A stretch of 64,000 nucleotides of DNA from an uncultured candidate division Zixibacteria bacterium (GTDB taxonomy: Bacteria; Zixibacteria; MSB-5A5; GN15; FEB-12). Both the position numbers and the translations under genes were made by a program. Where the stretch lies: the NCBI GenBank assembly GCA_963664195.1, contig OY760907.1:2592001-2656000 (forward strand). The letters run 5' to 3'. Below the pieces are notes generated by a model. That model did not search any database. It saw nothing but the letters and a program-made list of their open reading frames with translations, and had not been told where the DNA came from. Below are positions 10,265-20,804 of this stretch, in pieces. How positions within the stretch are numbered: position 1 is the stretch's first letter; each line of letters starts with the position of its first letter.

Positions 10265-11212
10265 ATGATCAAGAGAAGTCTTAGCCGTGTTATTATCGCT
10301 TGGGTTGTCATACTGCTCGTCGCAGCCTTCCTTGGTGATGTCTCGGTGGCGGCCTCCGATGTCGGTCGCACAGCGGCATCGTTTCTCCAGATAGGACATG
10401 GAGCTCGTGCTGCGGGCATGGGGGGCGCTTACACCGCTATTTCAGAGGGAGCCACGGCTGCCTACTGGAATCCTGCCGGTCTCACCGATCTGGAGGGATC
10501 CGAAGTATCTCTCGGGCATTTCTCGTGGTTCCAGGATATCAACGTTGAGCAAGCCAGCTTTGCCTTCCCGCTTGTTGACGGCAGCAGCGTGATGGCGGCC
10601 TCTATAACATATGTCGGCTACGGCACTATCGAAGGATACGATGTCGATGGTTCCTTCACCGGCGAGCTTTCTGCCTACGACTGGGCTGGCGCCCTGTCGC
10701 TGGGGTATAGTTTTACTGACGAGCTTTCCGGTGGTGTTACCGGCAAGTTCATTAATCAGAAGCTTGATGAGTTCAGCGCCTCTGCGTTCGCCGCCGACTT
10801 TGGTCTGAAATATCGATTCGAGAAGTTTTCGCTCGCGGCTGCGGTCGTCAATCTTGGTTCTGGTCTTGAGTTTGATATGCAGCGAGAGGATCTCCCCAGC
10901 GCGTTTCGTCTTGGCGTCTCCGGAACGCCGTTTCATGAGGGGCTTGTCACTTCTTTTGAGATCGAGAAGCGTTTCCACGGCGATTTCCTGATCCGTCAGG
11001 GTATTGAATTCGGCTTCTCAGATCGCTACTTCCTTCGCTCCGGTTACGACTATCTTCCGAGTCAGGACGGCCGGGACCTCTCCACCAGCATATCGGTGGG
11101 CGCAGGCCTGAACCTCGATTTCGCGAAATTCGACTACGCTTTCACTCTTGACGATAAGTCTACCTCAGAAGATCTGCACCGCTTTTCAGTGGTATTCGGC
11201 TTTGGTGAATAG
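10265..11212 (+). CDS. PorV/PorQ (UPF0164) family outer-membrane protein
   Basis: Signal peptide from M at 10265; FLQIGHGARAAGMGGAY..WNPAGL; DLHRFSV C-terminal strand. Confidence 0.85.
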   Translation: MIKRSLSRVIIAWVVILLVAAFLGDVSVAASDVGRTAASFLQIGHGARAAGMGGAYTAISEGATAAYWNPAGLTDLEGSEVSLGHFSWFQDINVEQASFAFPLVDGSSVMAASITYVGYGTIEGYDVDGSFTGELSAYDWAGALSLGYSFTDELSGGVTGKFINQKLDEFSASAFAADFGLKYRFEKFSLAAAVVNLGSGLEFDMQREDLPSAFRLGVSGTPFHEGLVTSFEIEKRFHGDFLIRQGIEFGFSDRYFLRSGYDYLPSQDGRDLSTSISVGAGLNLDFAKFDYAFTLDDKSTSEDLHRFSVVFGFGE

Positions 11213-11258
11213 TCCTTCCTAGCCGCTAGCGACACTATCTGTCAGTAATGAAATCTCA

Positions 11259-11289
11259 CGGGTAGTCGGGCCCCAGGCTCGACTACCCG
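11259..11289 (+). terminator. Hairpin after the PorV-like gene, probable terminator
   Basis: CGGGTAGTCGGGCC/GGCTCGACTACCCG stem, weak T-tail. Confidence 0.55.
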
Positions 11290-11515
11290 GCTTCGTTTTG
11301 CGTACCTGCCCTGCCATGTGCGCAAGTCTTTGCATTGAATTTGCCATTGATATGCATCAGTTCTGCCATTTTGAGAGAGCCTCACTTGATCTTAACTTAC
11401 TTCCTGTTCAATTCAAGGTCAGGTCGTGATTGTAAGTAATGTCATACCAATGGCTTACGGTCGCGCCCAAAAAAGGCATGTCAATCTGCCTCTGGAAACG
11501 ACCAGAAAGCGCCTT

Positions 11516-11532
11516 TCGGCAATCCGTTTGCT
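11516..11532 (+). promoter_or_regulatory. Sigma-54 (-24/-12) promoter
   Basis: TCGGCAATCCGTTTGCT, GG-N10-GC, upstream of the sugar transferase. Confidence 0.6.
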
Positions 11533-11608
11533 GATATGTCCCCCAATAGGACTGCAAGAGTACCACACACGAAGTCTAGCACATAAGAGATTTGACAGGT
11601 AATCGAGA

Positions 11609-12541
11609 ATGGGCGTAGAAAGCAACAGAATGAGCGTATCGGAGCCGAGTGCGATTGCTGCCAATTCCGCGGCGGTCGACTACGGTGTGGTTGAATCGTT
11701 CGCTGTTGGCGAGTCGCTGGGACTCTCCGGAGGCGAATCACTCAGTTGGTCCAAGAGGTTCAACTTTTTCCTTGGCGAGACAACCGGCATCCTGTTTATT
11801 GCGTTGTCGGCGTTGTATATATTTGTGATGCCCGCTGCCCTGGCTAAGCCGGGCGAAATCAGAATGGCGGGGAGGCGTTTTATAAAGAGAGTTCTTGACA
11901 TATTGGGTGCCGCCGTCGGTTTGGTACTCAGTGCTCCCATAATGCTCCTGGTTGGTCTGGCAGTGAAGCTGGATTCTCCCGGGCCGATGCTGTATTCTCA
12001 GGTTCGCGTGGGGGTCAATCGACGCAAGGGCAATCGCAGGTATTGTCAGCAGACGAACGTGGCCGATCGCCGTGGTCGTGAACGCCGTCGCGAGGATCAG
12101 CGGGGCAAACCTTTCCGCATCTACAAATTCCGCACGATGGTTCAGAACGCAGAGAAGAAGACTGGTCCGGTGTGGGCCACGCAGAATGATCCGCGCATTA
12201 CGCGTCTGGGACGATTCCTCCGCAAGACCCGTTTGGATGAGTTGCCGCAGTTCTGGAGCATTCTGGTCGGTGATATGTCCCTCGTGGGACCGCGTCCGGA
12301 ACGCCCGATGTTTGTCCGTGAACTCTGCGAGCAGGTCGAAGATTACCACCGTCGTCTTGAGGTCAAGCCGGGGTTGACCGGACTGGCGCAGATTGAAAAC
12401 GGCTATGATTCTTCCATCGCTTCGGTCAATCGTAAGGTCAAGTTCGACTTGGATTACATACGCGGTTGGACGCTTTGGTCCGACATTAGGATTTTGCTAA
12501 AGACTGTCATCGTGGTTTTCACGGGTAAGGGCGCTTGCTAA
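11609..12541 (+). CDS. Undecaprenyl-phosphate phosphoglycosyl transferase (Bac_transf family)
   Basis: [46 protein letters not shown] motifs. Confidence 0.92.
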   Translation: MGVESNRMSVSEPSAIAANSAAVDYGVVESFAVGESLGLSGGESLSWSKRFNFFLGETTGILFIALSALYIFVMPAALAKPGEIRMAGRRFIKRVLDILGAAVGLVLSAPIMLLVGLAVKLDSPGPMLYSQVRVGVNRRKGNRRYCQQTNVADRRGRERRREDQRGKPFRIYKFRTMVQNAEKKTGPVWATQNDPRITRLGRFLRKTRLDELPQFWSILVGDMSLVGPRPERPMFVRELCEQVEDYHRRLEVKPGLTGLAQIENGYDSSIASVNRKVKFDLDYIRGWTLWSDIRILLKTVIVVFTGKGAC

Positions 12542-12695
12542 GCGCTTCTGACAGATTGCAGACTTGACAGGCCGCTTTCGAGCGGCCTTTTGTCATAAAT
12601 AAAGCCTTGTTTGGCGTTAACAATAATAGTATCGTTCCGACAATTACCGAAACTGAGAATAAGTTCCAAGTTTAACCGGTCAATAGAGTTAGATT

Positions 12696-13427
12696 GTGAA
12701 ACGGATTTTTGCAGCTCTGGTGCTGGCGCTTATGTTGCCGGCTATCGGCCATGCTCAGACGCAAGTCAACTATGGCCTGACAGTGAAGTCATCCCCGCCC
12801 GGTGCGGAAGTCATTCTTAAAGGAGAAACGCGTGTGACAGGCGTCACACCCACGACTTTCCGCTTTCCACTCGTCGGTGACTACAAGATAACGGTCAAAC
12901 GGAAAGGGTTTGAGAGCTATAAATCGCGTCTCACCCTCGATCCGTCGAGACCGACACAGCTCGACGTCGAGCTGGCGCACAAGACAGGTCTGAAGGCCGG
13001 AGTGCGTTCGTGGTTCATACCGGGATGGGGGCAGTTCTATAATGAGCAGAAGACGAAGGGGGTGGGGTTTGCGCTTCTCTTCGGAGGGGCGGTAGCGGCC
13101 TACTTCATCGCCGATCGCGATTTCGATGATAAAGAGGCCGAACTCAATCGTCTTCAGATCGAATATGATGATGCCGTCTCCACGGAAACCTACGCGCAGC
13201 TTAGCCGTCGGCTGGACATCATCAGGAGCGCCACAGAAGAGGCTTACGACGCCGAGGATGTTCGACGGGTAACGGTTGGTGCCGCTATCGGAATCTGGGG
13301 TCTGAACGTGCTTGATGCACTCTTGTTTTCGCCAAAAGAACATGCGGTAGTGACCGTTCAGGGCGTGTCCCTGACGCCGACCGCTAATGTCGAGGGAGTA
13401 GGACTCACTCTGTCGAGTTCCTTTTAG
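12696..13427 (+). CDS. Exported PEGA-domain protein with DUF5683-like C-terminus
   Basis: Signal peptide; V.SSPPGAEV...GVTP PEGA motif; SWFIPGWGQFYN motif. Confidence 0.8.
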   Translation: MKRIFAALVLALMLPAIGHAQTQVNYGLTVKSSPPGAEVILKGETRVTGVTPTTFRFPLVGDYKITVKRKGFESYKSRLTLDPSRPTQLDVELAHKTGLKAGVRSWFIPGWGQFYNEQKTKGVGFALLFGGAVAAYFIADRDFDDKEAELNRLQIEYDDAVSTETYAQLSRRLDIIRSATEEAYDAEDVRRVTVGAAIGIWGLNVLDALLFSPKEHAVVTVQGVSLTPTANVEGVGLTLSSSF

Positions 13428-13433
13428 TTAGCT

Positions 13434-14978
13434 ATGCAGATGCGAATCTATAAGTCGATTGCCGTGCTGATGCTGGTAGGCATCGCGCTGATCGCCGGCT
13501 GCGACCGGCACCTGGACTCCAGAGAACCTACCCGTTCATTACCGGATCAACTGGCCGCCCCGGTGAATCTTGTCGCGCAACTGAACGATCGCTCGGTCAC
13601 CCTCAGTTGGGAGATGACGAACCCGTCCGGCGTGAGCCGGTACCGCGTCTACCGGGCTGCGACCGGGGAAGATTTCATGCTTCAGGATTCGGCCACCGTT
13701 CTCACGGCCGCGCTGACCAGGCTGCCGTTGAACCAGTCGCTTCGTTTTCGCGTGGCCGCAGTCAACTCGTCCGGCATCGAGGGGAAACCCTCGGCCGAAA
13801 TAACGGTGACGGTCGGGCTTATTTCCATAGTGATTGAGAACAACGATAAGTTCACCGGTGACCGCTCTGTGAGCATTCGGCTCAACGCTCCCGGTAGTGC
13901 CGAGTATGTTTTGCTGTCGGAAGATTCCATGTTCAACGATGGCGCCGCGACTTTGCCGTACTCACCAACACGGACTTTCGAGCTTTCGCAGGGTGACGGT
14001 CTCAAAACCGTGTATGCCCGTTTTACTTTTGACGATGGTTCTGAATCCGGTGACGCAGTTTCTGACGATATCACGCTGGATACTGAAGTGCAGATAGAAT
14101 CGGTGACATACTCTCCTTCTGGTCAGACCTTTTTCACCGGTCAGACTATTTCGTTTTTTGTTGATGGCGGCGAAGTCGGTGGCGAGGCAACCGTTTCGTT
14201 TCCGGGCGCTGCGGAGATTCGATTAGCGGACAACGGCACCGGTGCCGACGTCACTGCTGCCGATGGCGTGTATTCGGCAGCTTATGTTGTCCCGGTTGGT
14301 CTGACAGTCAACAACGGGGCACTGTCAGGTCATTTCACCGATGCCGCCGGTAACGATGCCGTTACGGCCCTCTCAGCGCAAGCCCTTGATATCAAGGCTA
14401 CGCCGGTAGGAGTGCAGCTTACGCAGGCAGAGGCGATGTCGAGTTGGCAGGTAGACCTGCGTTGGTCAGAGTCGGCAAGTGAAGATTTTTCTTCGTATCG
14501 TCTTTACCGAGCCACTTCGTCAAGTGTGTCCGACGTCTCGGAGTTGCTGGCCTCCTTTGATGACAGTCGCACTGTGGCGTACACTGACACTACTCCCGAT
14601 GCTGCTACCGAGTATTTCTATCGAGTGTATGTGATAGATAATTCAGGGCTGCGGGCGGGCTCCAACGTCGACAGTGCCACAACTCCGGTCAACTCGCCGC
14701 CTGAGGGAGTCACCGTGGCCAGCAGCTTGGTGGACTCCACGACGGTGCTGCTTAGCTGGACCAGAAACAATGATGATGATTTCGAATCGTATCGGATTTA
14801 CCGCGATGACGCGGCAGGGATTTCGTTGGCTGATGACCTGATCGCTATCATAACCGAGCAGGGGACAACCACGAACACGCACTATCTGCCGTCGGGCGGT
14901 CCGTATTATTATCGCGTATTTGTGTTCGATCGACAGGGTTTGTCGACCTCGTCCTCAAATGAAGTTTCGGTACCGTAG
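13434..14978 (+). CDS. Fibronectin type III repeat lipoprotein
   Basis: Lipobox LIAGC; three FN3-like units (L.W...Y..YR...Y.YRV); DNGTGADVTAADGVYS motif. Confidence 0.8.
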   Translation: MQMRIYKSIAVLMLVGIALIAGCDRHLDSREPTRSLPDQLAAPVNLVAQLNDRSVTLSWEMTNPSGVSRYRVYRAATGEDFMLQDSATVLTAALTRLPLNQSLRFRVAAVNSSGIEGKPSAEITVTVGLISIVIENNDKFTGDRSVSIRLNAPGSAEYVLLSEDSMFNDGAATLPYSPTRTFELSQGDGLKTVYARFTFDDGSESGDAVSDDITLDTEVQIESVTYSPSGQTFFTGQTISFFVDGGEVGGEATVSFPGAAEIRLADNGTGADVTAADGVYSAAYVVPVGLTVNNGALSGHFTDAAGNDAVTALSAQALDIKATPVGVQLTQAEAMSSWQVDLRWSESASEDFSSYRLYRATSSSVSDVSELLASFDDSRTVAYTDTTPDAATEYFYRVYVIDNSGLRAGSNVDSATTPVNSPPEGVTVASSLVDSTTVLLSWTRNNDDDFESYRIYRDDAAGISLADDLIAIITEQGTTTNTHYLPSGGPYYYRVFVFDRQGLSTSSSNEVSVP

Positions 14979-15025
14979 AACGTGCAGAACCGACAACGTT
15001 CTGCACCACTCATAAGGATTGATTC

Positions 15026-15883
15026 GTGAGGCTTATTGACCGGATAAACCAGTTCGTTCTGCTGTTCATAGACACGGTAAGACAATTCGGGATGTGGCGG
15101 GCCTGGGGACTACTTCTCGGGTACTTTCTGCTGAACTGGCTGCTCCTGTATTCTCATTACGAATTCGCTTCACCGATCTTCTACGGTGTCAGTACGTTCT
15201 GGATGAACCTGCTGTCTCATCTTGTCCCCGGTTATGGTCCTGATCAGATTGCGGCCTTCTCCCATTATCCGCAGCACCTGTTGTTCCTCGGGGATGTGTT
15301 CGGCTGGACCAAACTGATAGTCGGCTTGATTGTCGAGGGGCTTGTCCTCGGTGGTGTGGCATATCTGTTCGGTCAACGGTTTGTTCCGAATCCGCCGGCC
15401 GGTCGGAGATCGTTCGCCGCAACCTGGGTCAATCTCCTTATAGTATGGTTGGTTCTCAACTTGTTCACCGTTGCGGCCGGACTGCTCTTACCGCAGTGGC
15501 TGGAGCCGTTGCTGGACGGACCCCGGCGCGTTTTGGCGTTCAGTTTTGTTGGCATGCCGCTGGTATTCACGTTCATATTCGCCTTGTTTGTGTATGCCCT
15601 GCCGTCGGTGATTGTCAATCGAGAAAACGCCGTCAAGGCTGTTCTGCGATCGCTGAAAATGGCCGTGACTCGTCCCTTCACCAGTTTCTTTCTGGCCTTC
15701 GCAATCTTGTTCATCCCTTTGTTCTTGGGAACTCTTTCCGGGCGCCCGGCCGACATTATCGACAAGTTTCGACCGGATCTGATCTACTGGCTGCTGGTAG
15801 CCGGGCTGGCTGCTGAGATGATCGCGAATTTCTTTTGGATGGGTACCGCGGTCAGGTTCCTCTCTGAATCCGAAGAGCGCTAA
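15026..15883 (+). CDS. Polytopic membrane protein, function unknown
   Basis: About 6 hydrophobic helices; co-oriented with the upstream genes. Confidence 0.75.
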   Translation: MRLIDRINQFVLLFIDTVRQFGMWRAWGLLLGYFLLNWLLLYSHYEFASPIFYGVSTFWMNLLSHLVPGYGPDQIAAFSHYPQHLLFLGDVFGWTKLIVGLIVEGLVLGGVAYLFGQRFVPNPPAGRRSFAATWVNLLIVWLVLNLFTVAAGLLLPQWLEPLLDGPRRVLAFSFVGMPLVFTFIFALFVYALPSVIVNRENAVKAVLRSLKMAVTRPFTSFFLAFAILFIPLFLGTLSGRPADIIDKFRPDLIYWLLVAGLAAEMIANFFWMGTAVRFLSESEER

Positions 15884-16118
15884 GCAGCTCATAATTCCTC
15901 GTATTTGTATTATTTAGGAACCACTTAGGTTGTTGGACCGTTTTGTCCCGGTCTGTTCTTCGGTTACCCTCCGCGGTCCGGTCTCTGTCTGAGCCGACCA
16001 ATCGGCCGACGTAAATTCGATAGAATCCCCGCTTTTTCCGCGGCTAAATGCAATTTTCCCCTACAAAAACTTTGGCAACCGCCGATAACAAAAGCATACA
16101 GCTAAGGACAGCTATTAG

Positions 16119-17555
16119 ATGATGAAAAACATATTATTGGTTGACGACGACAAGGACGTGTCCCAGTCGCTTGCTAACCTCTTTGATTCGAACAAGTATC
16201 GCTTCGAGTTTATGGAGGACGGCATAGGGGTGAGGGATTACATCAGTGATAACCGGGACGTAGATCTGGTTATGCTCGATGTCAACCTGCCCACACTATC
16301 CGGACTAGAGGTACTCAAGCAGATTCGCAGCATAAGTGATGATCTGCCGGTTATCATGATCTCTGGATTCGTTTCGACGGAAAACGCGATTGAGGCGATG
16401 CGCGAAGGAGCGTACGAGTACCTTACGAAGCCGTTTGAAATCGATCGCTTGATCGAGACGGTAAACAAGGCGTGTGGGTTTAATGCAACATCAGTCATGC
16501 CGTCGGCCGCTGAGATACAGGAGGTCCCGAGCGACCTTCAGGTCGATGAGATAGTCGGCAGATCCCCGGAGATTGTCGAGATCGCCAAGCTGATCGGGCA
16601 GGTGGCCAAGACCGACGCGGCCGTGTTGATTTTCGGTGAATCCGGTACCGGCAAGGAGCTGGTTTCCCGGGCGATCCATCGCAACTCAAGCCGCCGCAGT
16701 CACGCATTCCTTTCTGTCAATTGTGCCGCCCTCCCAGAGACACTTCTCGAATCCGAATTGTTCGGTCACGAGAAGGGCGCTTTCACGGGCGCCTATTATA
16801 AGAGAATCGGTAAATTCGAGCAGGCCGACTCCGGTACGCTTTTCCTCGACGAAATCGGCGACATGACCATGCTGACCCAGTCCAAGCTCCTTCGCGTGCT
16901 CCAGGACAAGCGGTTTGAACGTGTCGGTGGTAACGAGACGATCAAGTCCGACGTCCGTATCATTGCGGCGACCAACAAGTCGCTGGTGCAGGCGATGAAG
17001 GACGGGTCGTTTAGAGTAGACCTCTTCTACCGACTCAAAGTGGTCTCGGTGTTCATACCACCGCTCAGGGATCGCCGTGGCGATATCCCGCTGCTCATCG
17101 AGCATTTCGTCGACAAGTTCGCGCGCCAGTTATCGCTGCCCCGGAGACAGGTGTCGAAGAAGGCTATGGCGCTGCTCAACAAGCACGTCTGGCCGGGCAA
17201 TGTCCGTGAACTTGAGAACAACGTGCACACCGCCATGGTCATGTCCAAGAACGATCAGCTTCAGCCGGATGATTTTCCGTCGCTGACCGAGGACAACCCC
17301 AGGGTAGAGCTTGACCTCTCTGTCCTGCAGGATGACTACACTGAAACGTTCAAGAAGATCGTCGACCCGATTATGCCGCAGTTGATTGCCAACTCATCGG
17401 GGCAGATTTACCACTTCCTCGAATCGGCGTTGGAACGGGCCGTTATCTCGTCCTGTCTGCGTCAGTTCAACGGCAATCAGGTCAAGACTTCTGAGACGCT
17501 CGGTATTTCCCGCAATACGCTTCGTGATCGCATCTCAAAGTACGGCCTCTACTAG
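16119..17555 (+). CDS. Sigma-54-dependent response regulator (NtrC/AtoC family)
   Basis: Receiver (DDD, D-P, KPF), GESGTGKE Walker A, GAFTGA, FLDEIG, WPGNVREL, Fis-type HTH LGISRNTL. Confidence 0.95.
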   Translation: MMKNILLVDDDKDVSQSLANLFDSNKYRFEFMEDGIGVRDYISDNRDVDLVMLDVNLPTLSGLEVLKQIRSISDDLPVIMISGFVSTENAIEAMREGAYEYLTKPFEIDRLIETVNKACGFNATSVMPSAAEIQEVPSDLQVDEIVGRSPEIVEIAKLIGQVAKTDAAVLIFGESGTGKELVSRAIHRNSSRRSHAFLSVNCAALPETLLESELFGHEKGAFTGAYYKRIGKFEQADSGTLFLDEIGDMTMLTQSKLLRVLQDKRFERVGGNETIKSDVRIIAATNKSLVQAMKDGSFRVDLFYRLKVVSVFIPPLRDRRGDIPLLIEHFVDKFARQLSLPRRQVSKKAMALLNKHVWPGNVRELENNVHTAMVMSKNDQLQPDDFPSLTEDNPRVELDLSVLQDDYTETFKKIVDPIMPQLIANSSGQIYHFLESALERAVISSCLRQFNGNQVKTSETLGISRNTLRDRISKYGLY

Positions 17556-17633
17556 CCGTAACAGCATTTCTCTCTAGCATATGTTGTAGGTTTGTGATTC
17601 CCCGACAAGGGTGAATCCTGTATATTTCTCTGC

Positions 17634-18749
17634 ATGAAGATATGTCATTTAGCCGATACACATCTCGGAGCGGGGGAGAACCATCCGCGTCGCGGTACCA
17701 CCGGATTGACAGAGCGTCAGGAAGATATCATCAACAGTTTTGTCGAAGCCGTTGACAAGATCATCGAAATCAAACCGGATGTCTGCATTCATGCCGGTGA
17801 TCTCTTTCATACGGTGCGCCCGCTCAATCGAATCCTTGCGATTGCCGCCGAGCAGCTCCATCGACTGGCAGCCGAGAACGGTATTCCCACAGTAATCATC
17901 GCCGGTAATCATGACGCTCCCAAACAACCACACATTGGGGCGGCGCTCGAGGTCTATTATCAGATCGATAATCTGTATGTGGCGGCATCGGGGAAGCTTG
18001 AGAGATTCGATATCGAGGGCACAAGTTTCTTCGCCCTGCCTCATTGCCTGACCAGTGACGTTCTCAGACAGCAGCTTGCGCTGTGTGTGCCCGATTCTGA
18101 GGCGGAGCACAACGTGTTGATTCTCCACGGTGTGGCGGCCGGTATGCCGGAGTTTTCAATGGTTGACCTTGGCGAACAGGAACTGCCACTGGAGGCGATG
18201 GAACCGTTTGACTATACGGCGCTGGGGCATTTTCACAACTACTGTCAGGTAGGAAGGCGCGCCTGGTATGCCGGTTCGACCGAGAGATTATCACAGTCGG
18301 AACGTGAGGCGGCAAAAGGCTTCCTGACGGTTGATCTGGATCCCTTCAAGGTGGCGTTCCATGAGGTTGCCGCGAGGGAGATGGTGGATATTCAGACCAT
18401 CAGCGCGGCAGGAAAACGAGGTGATCAACTCGTCGCTGAGATCAGGGAGAAACTGGACACACTTGACAGCTCGGATAAGATTGTGCGTGTGAAGGTCGAG
18501 GGCGTTTCTCCTGAAACGCTCAGGACGTTGCCGAGTGAGACGCTGGCTGAGTTGAAGCAGAAATCGTACGCACTTGACATCCGGTTCCAGAAGGAAAAGG
18601 ATGAGGAAGGGGAGACGCAGTTCGGGCAGTCTGCGATCGGGCAGTTGGATCAGGAGTTTGCGAAGTATCTGGAGATGCAGACGCTTGACGGTTTTGACCG
18701 TGACCGGCTCATTCGTGAGGCGGCACGGTATCTGAAGACGGAAGAGTAG
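17634..18749 (+). CDS. sbcD: SbcD/Mre11 family nuclease subunit
   Basis: ADTHLG, AGDLF, GNHD, LHG, ALGHFH, YAGS metallophosphoesterase motifs. Confidence 0.88.
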   Translation: MKICHLADTHLGAGENHPRRGTTGLTERQEDIINSFVEAVDKIIEIKPDVCIHAGDLFHTVRPLNRILAIAAEQLHRLAAENGIPTVIIAGNHDAPKQPHIGAALEVYYQIDNLYVAASGKLERFDIEGTSFFALPHCLTSDVLRQQLALCVPDSEAEHNVLILHGVAAGMPEFSMVDLGEQELPLEAMEPFDYTALGHFHNYCQVGRRAWYAGSTERLSQSEREAAKGFLTVDLDPFKVAFHEVAAREMVDIQTISAAGKRGDQLVAEIREKLDTLDSSDKIVRVKVEGVSPETLRTLPSETLAELKQKSYALDIRFQKEKDEEGETQFGQSAIGQLDQEFAKYLEMQTLDGFDRDRLIREAARYLKTEE

Positions 18750-18759
18750 GGGGGGCTTG

Positions 18760-19158
18760 CAGGTTGAAACCTCCGCGGTTTGGACGGTCTTATTGTAGGG
18801 AAGGTCTGTCCGCTGACCTGCCGGAAGGATCGAACCCGGAGGGTTCGACGCGTGATTGGCGGATCAAGAACACACTCCGGCCCACCGCCACTAGTGGCCT
18901 CAGGCCACCCCTCTCAAGAGGGGACGAAGATTCTGTGGGCAGCAGACGCCTCGTCTGCCCCAGTCGTGGGTCGGTGTTCCGAGGTGACAAGGATTGTGCC
19001 CGACGGGTGGCCGGTTCAAACTTGTTTGGACCGGATGGAGTCCCGTAGACATCTTCTCGTGAGGGAAAACACCCTCAAGCTCCGAACGAGCATTGTGGTC
19101 GAGAGACTGTCGAAGCGCTTGAGATTGGCACCCGCAGGCCGAGACTTTGTGGTTGCGA
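18760..19158. repeat. Mosaic of REP-like palindromes (at least 5 families)
   Basis: GCAGGTTGAAACC..GGTTTGGAC (18760), GTAGGGAAGGTC..GACCTGCC (18796), CACCCCTCTCAAGAGGGGA (~18906), family B (18935), half of family C (19005). Confidence 0.8.
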
Positions 19159-19183
19159 CATACTTCCCAATTCCTATCGCCCC

Positions 19184-20551
19184 TCAATAATCCATAAACG
19201 GCAATAACTCAAGACCGTGCAGTAGTACTGCCAGCACAGCCAGCGGTGTGATGAACTTCAAGATGAACATCGTTGTTTTGTACAGCGCGCCGGAGGAGCC
19301 AAACTCCTCCGCCCGAATGTCGGATCTTATCACCCAGGCCACGAATATACAGATGAGCAATCCCCCAAACGGCAGCATGTAGTTCGACGCGATAAAATCG
19401 AAGATATCAAAGAAGCTCTGGTCGGCACCCCTGAAAGGCACTTTAAGCGAGTCTACGGCACATAGAACGCCAAGTCCCCATATCACACCGCCCATGACCA
19501 GTGTGGCCGGAGTGCGCTTCCAACCGCGTTCATCTATGAGATAAGACACGACTACCTCAAGCAGAGAAATCGTCGAACTCAACGCCGCGAATGCCAGCAG
19601 TATGAAGAACGGGATCGACACGAGCCGTCCGGTCTCCACAAACAGCACTGGAAGCGTTTCGAAAATCAATCCCGGACCGGCGTTCGGTTCCACTCCATAC
19701 GAGAACACCAGTGAGAAGATGGCGATACCGGCCAGAAGCGCTATCACCGTGTCCAAGATTGAAATCGTTACAGCATCCCGAACAATGCTCGTGTCTCGCC
19801 GCATGTAGCTTCCGTAAGTAATCATCGCCCCCATTCCCACCGAGAGAGTGAAGCAGGCGTGGCCGAGGGCTGACAGAACTCCCTCCGCACTGAGTTTTGA
19901 GAAATCCGGTTCAAAGAGAAATGAAAGCGCACGATCACCGCCGTTGGTGGCAAACAGGCCGTAGAGTACCAAGCCGGTAAGCAGCACGAGCAGGGCGGGC
20001 ATGAGAACGCGGGTACAGCGCTCGATCCCCTGTTTGATGCCCCCGAGGACGATGACTATTGTCAGCAGCATGAAAAGTGTATGCCACAGGGCTGAGGAAT
20101 ACGGGTCGGCAACAAAAGCGTCATATTGTGCGTTAATCTGGCTTGCGTTGCCCTCAAACCCCGAGATTGCTCTTATGATGTAGGAGAGAACTCGTCCTGA
20201 GACAACGCTATAGAAGGCGAGGATCGTGAAAGCGGCAGCCACTCCCAGCCAACCGGCGCCCTGCCAGGGGGAACCTTTGCGGTGAAGTTTCTGGAACGCA
20301 CCGACCGGGTTTTCCTGTGTGCGGCGACCGATAATCAACTCCGAGATCATCAGCGGGAGTCCGACAAGAGCAACACATCCGAGATACACGAGTACAAACG
20401 CTCCCCCTCCGTAGACGCCGGCGATGTAGGGGAATTTCCAGATGTTGCCGAGTCCTACCGCCGAGCCGGCGGCGGCGAGGACGAACCCGTAGCGGCTGGA
20501 CCAGTGTCCTCGAGTATCGGTCGTATTGGTGGGTTGGAATTGATCGGCCAT
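19184..20551 (-). CDS. Sodium-dependent transporter, NSS/SNF family
   Basis: GSAVGLGNIWKFPY, GGGAF, MITYGSY, GPGLIF motifs; GGAG RBS supports the MADQF start at 20551. Confidence 0.92.
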   Translation of the reverse strand: MADQFQPTNTTDTRGHWSSRYGFVLAAAGSAVGLGNIWKFPYIAGVYGGGAFVLVYLGCVALVGLPLMISELIIGRRTQENPVGAFQKLHRKGSPWQGAGWLGVAAAFTILAFYSVVSGRVLSYIIRAISGFEGNASQINAQYDAFVADPYSSALWHTLFMLLTIVIVLGGIKQGIERCTRVLMPALLVLLTGLVLYGLFATNGGDRALSFLFEPDFSKLSAEGVLSALGHACFTLSVGMGAMITYGSYMRRDTSIVRDAVTISILDTVIALLAGIAIFSLVFSYGVEPNAGPGLIFETLPVLFVETGRLVSIPFFILLAFAALSSTISLLEVVVSYLIDERGWKRTPATLVMGGVIWGLGVLCAVDSLKVPFRGADQSFFDIFDFIASNYMLPFGGLLICIFVAWVIRSDIRAEEFGSSGALYKTTMFILKFITPLAVLAVLLHGLELLPFMDY

Positions 20552-20804
20552 GTGCACTCTCCAGGCTTCGATAAAGTCAGGACTACAGAATTCGTCGCGC
20601 TCAGGTGGGAGTCGCACGTCGGTACTCCCCCAAACCGACAGTGCTGGATCGTCATCCCGTGTAATCACTCAAGAAAAAGAGTGGTGCCGTTAAGTGTCAA
20701 CTAATAAAGCCAGAGTTCAAAACCGCTTTTTTAGTTTGACAGGAGTATAACTGGAAAATACGTTTGGGACATTGTAGTGCGACTAACATTCGAAGGGACT
20801 CGAC

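Noticed and set aside
18764..19190. Short ORFs in the sbcD-transporter spacer (and 59120-59434)
   Set aside because: They are translations of REP palindromes.
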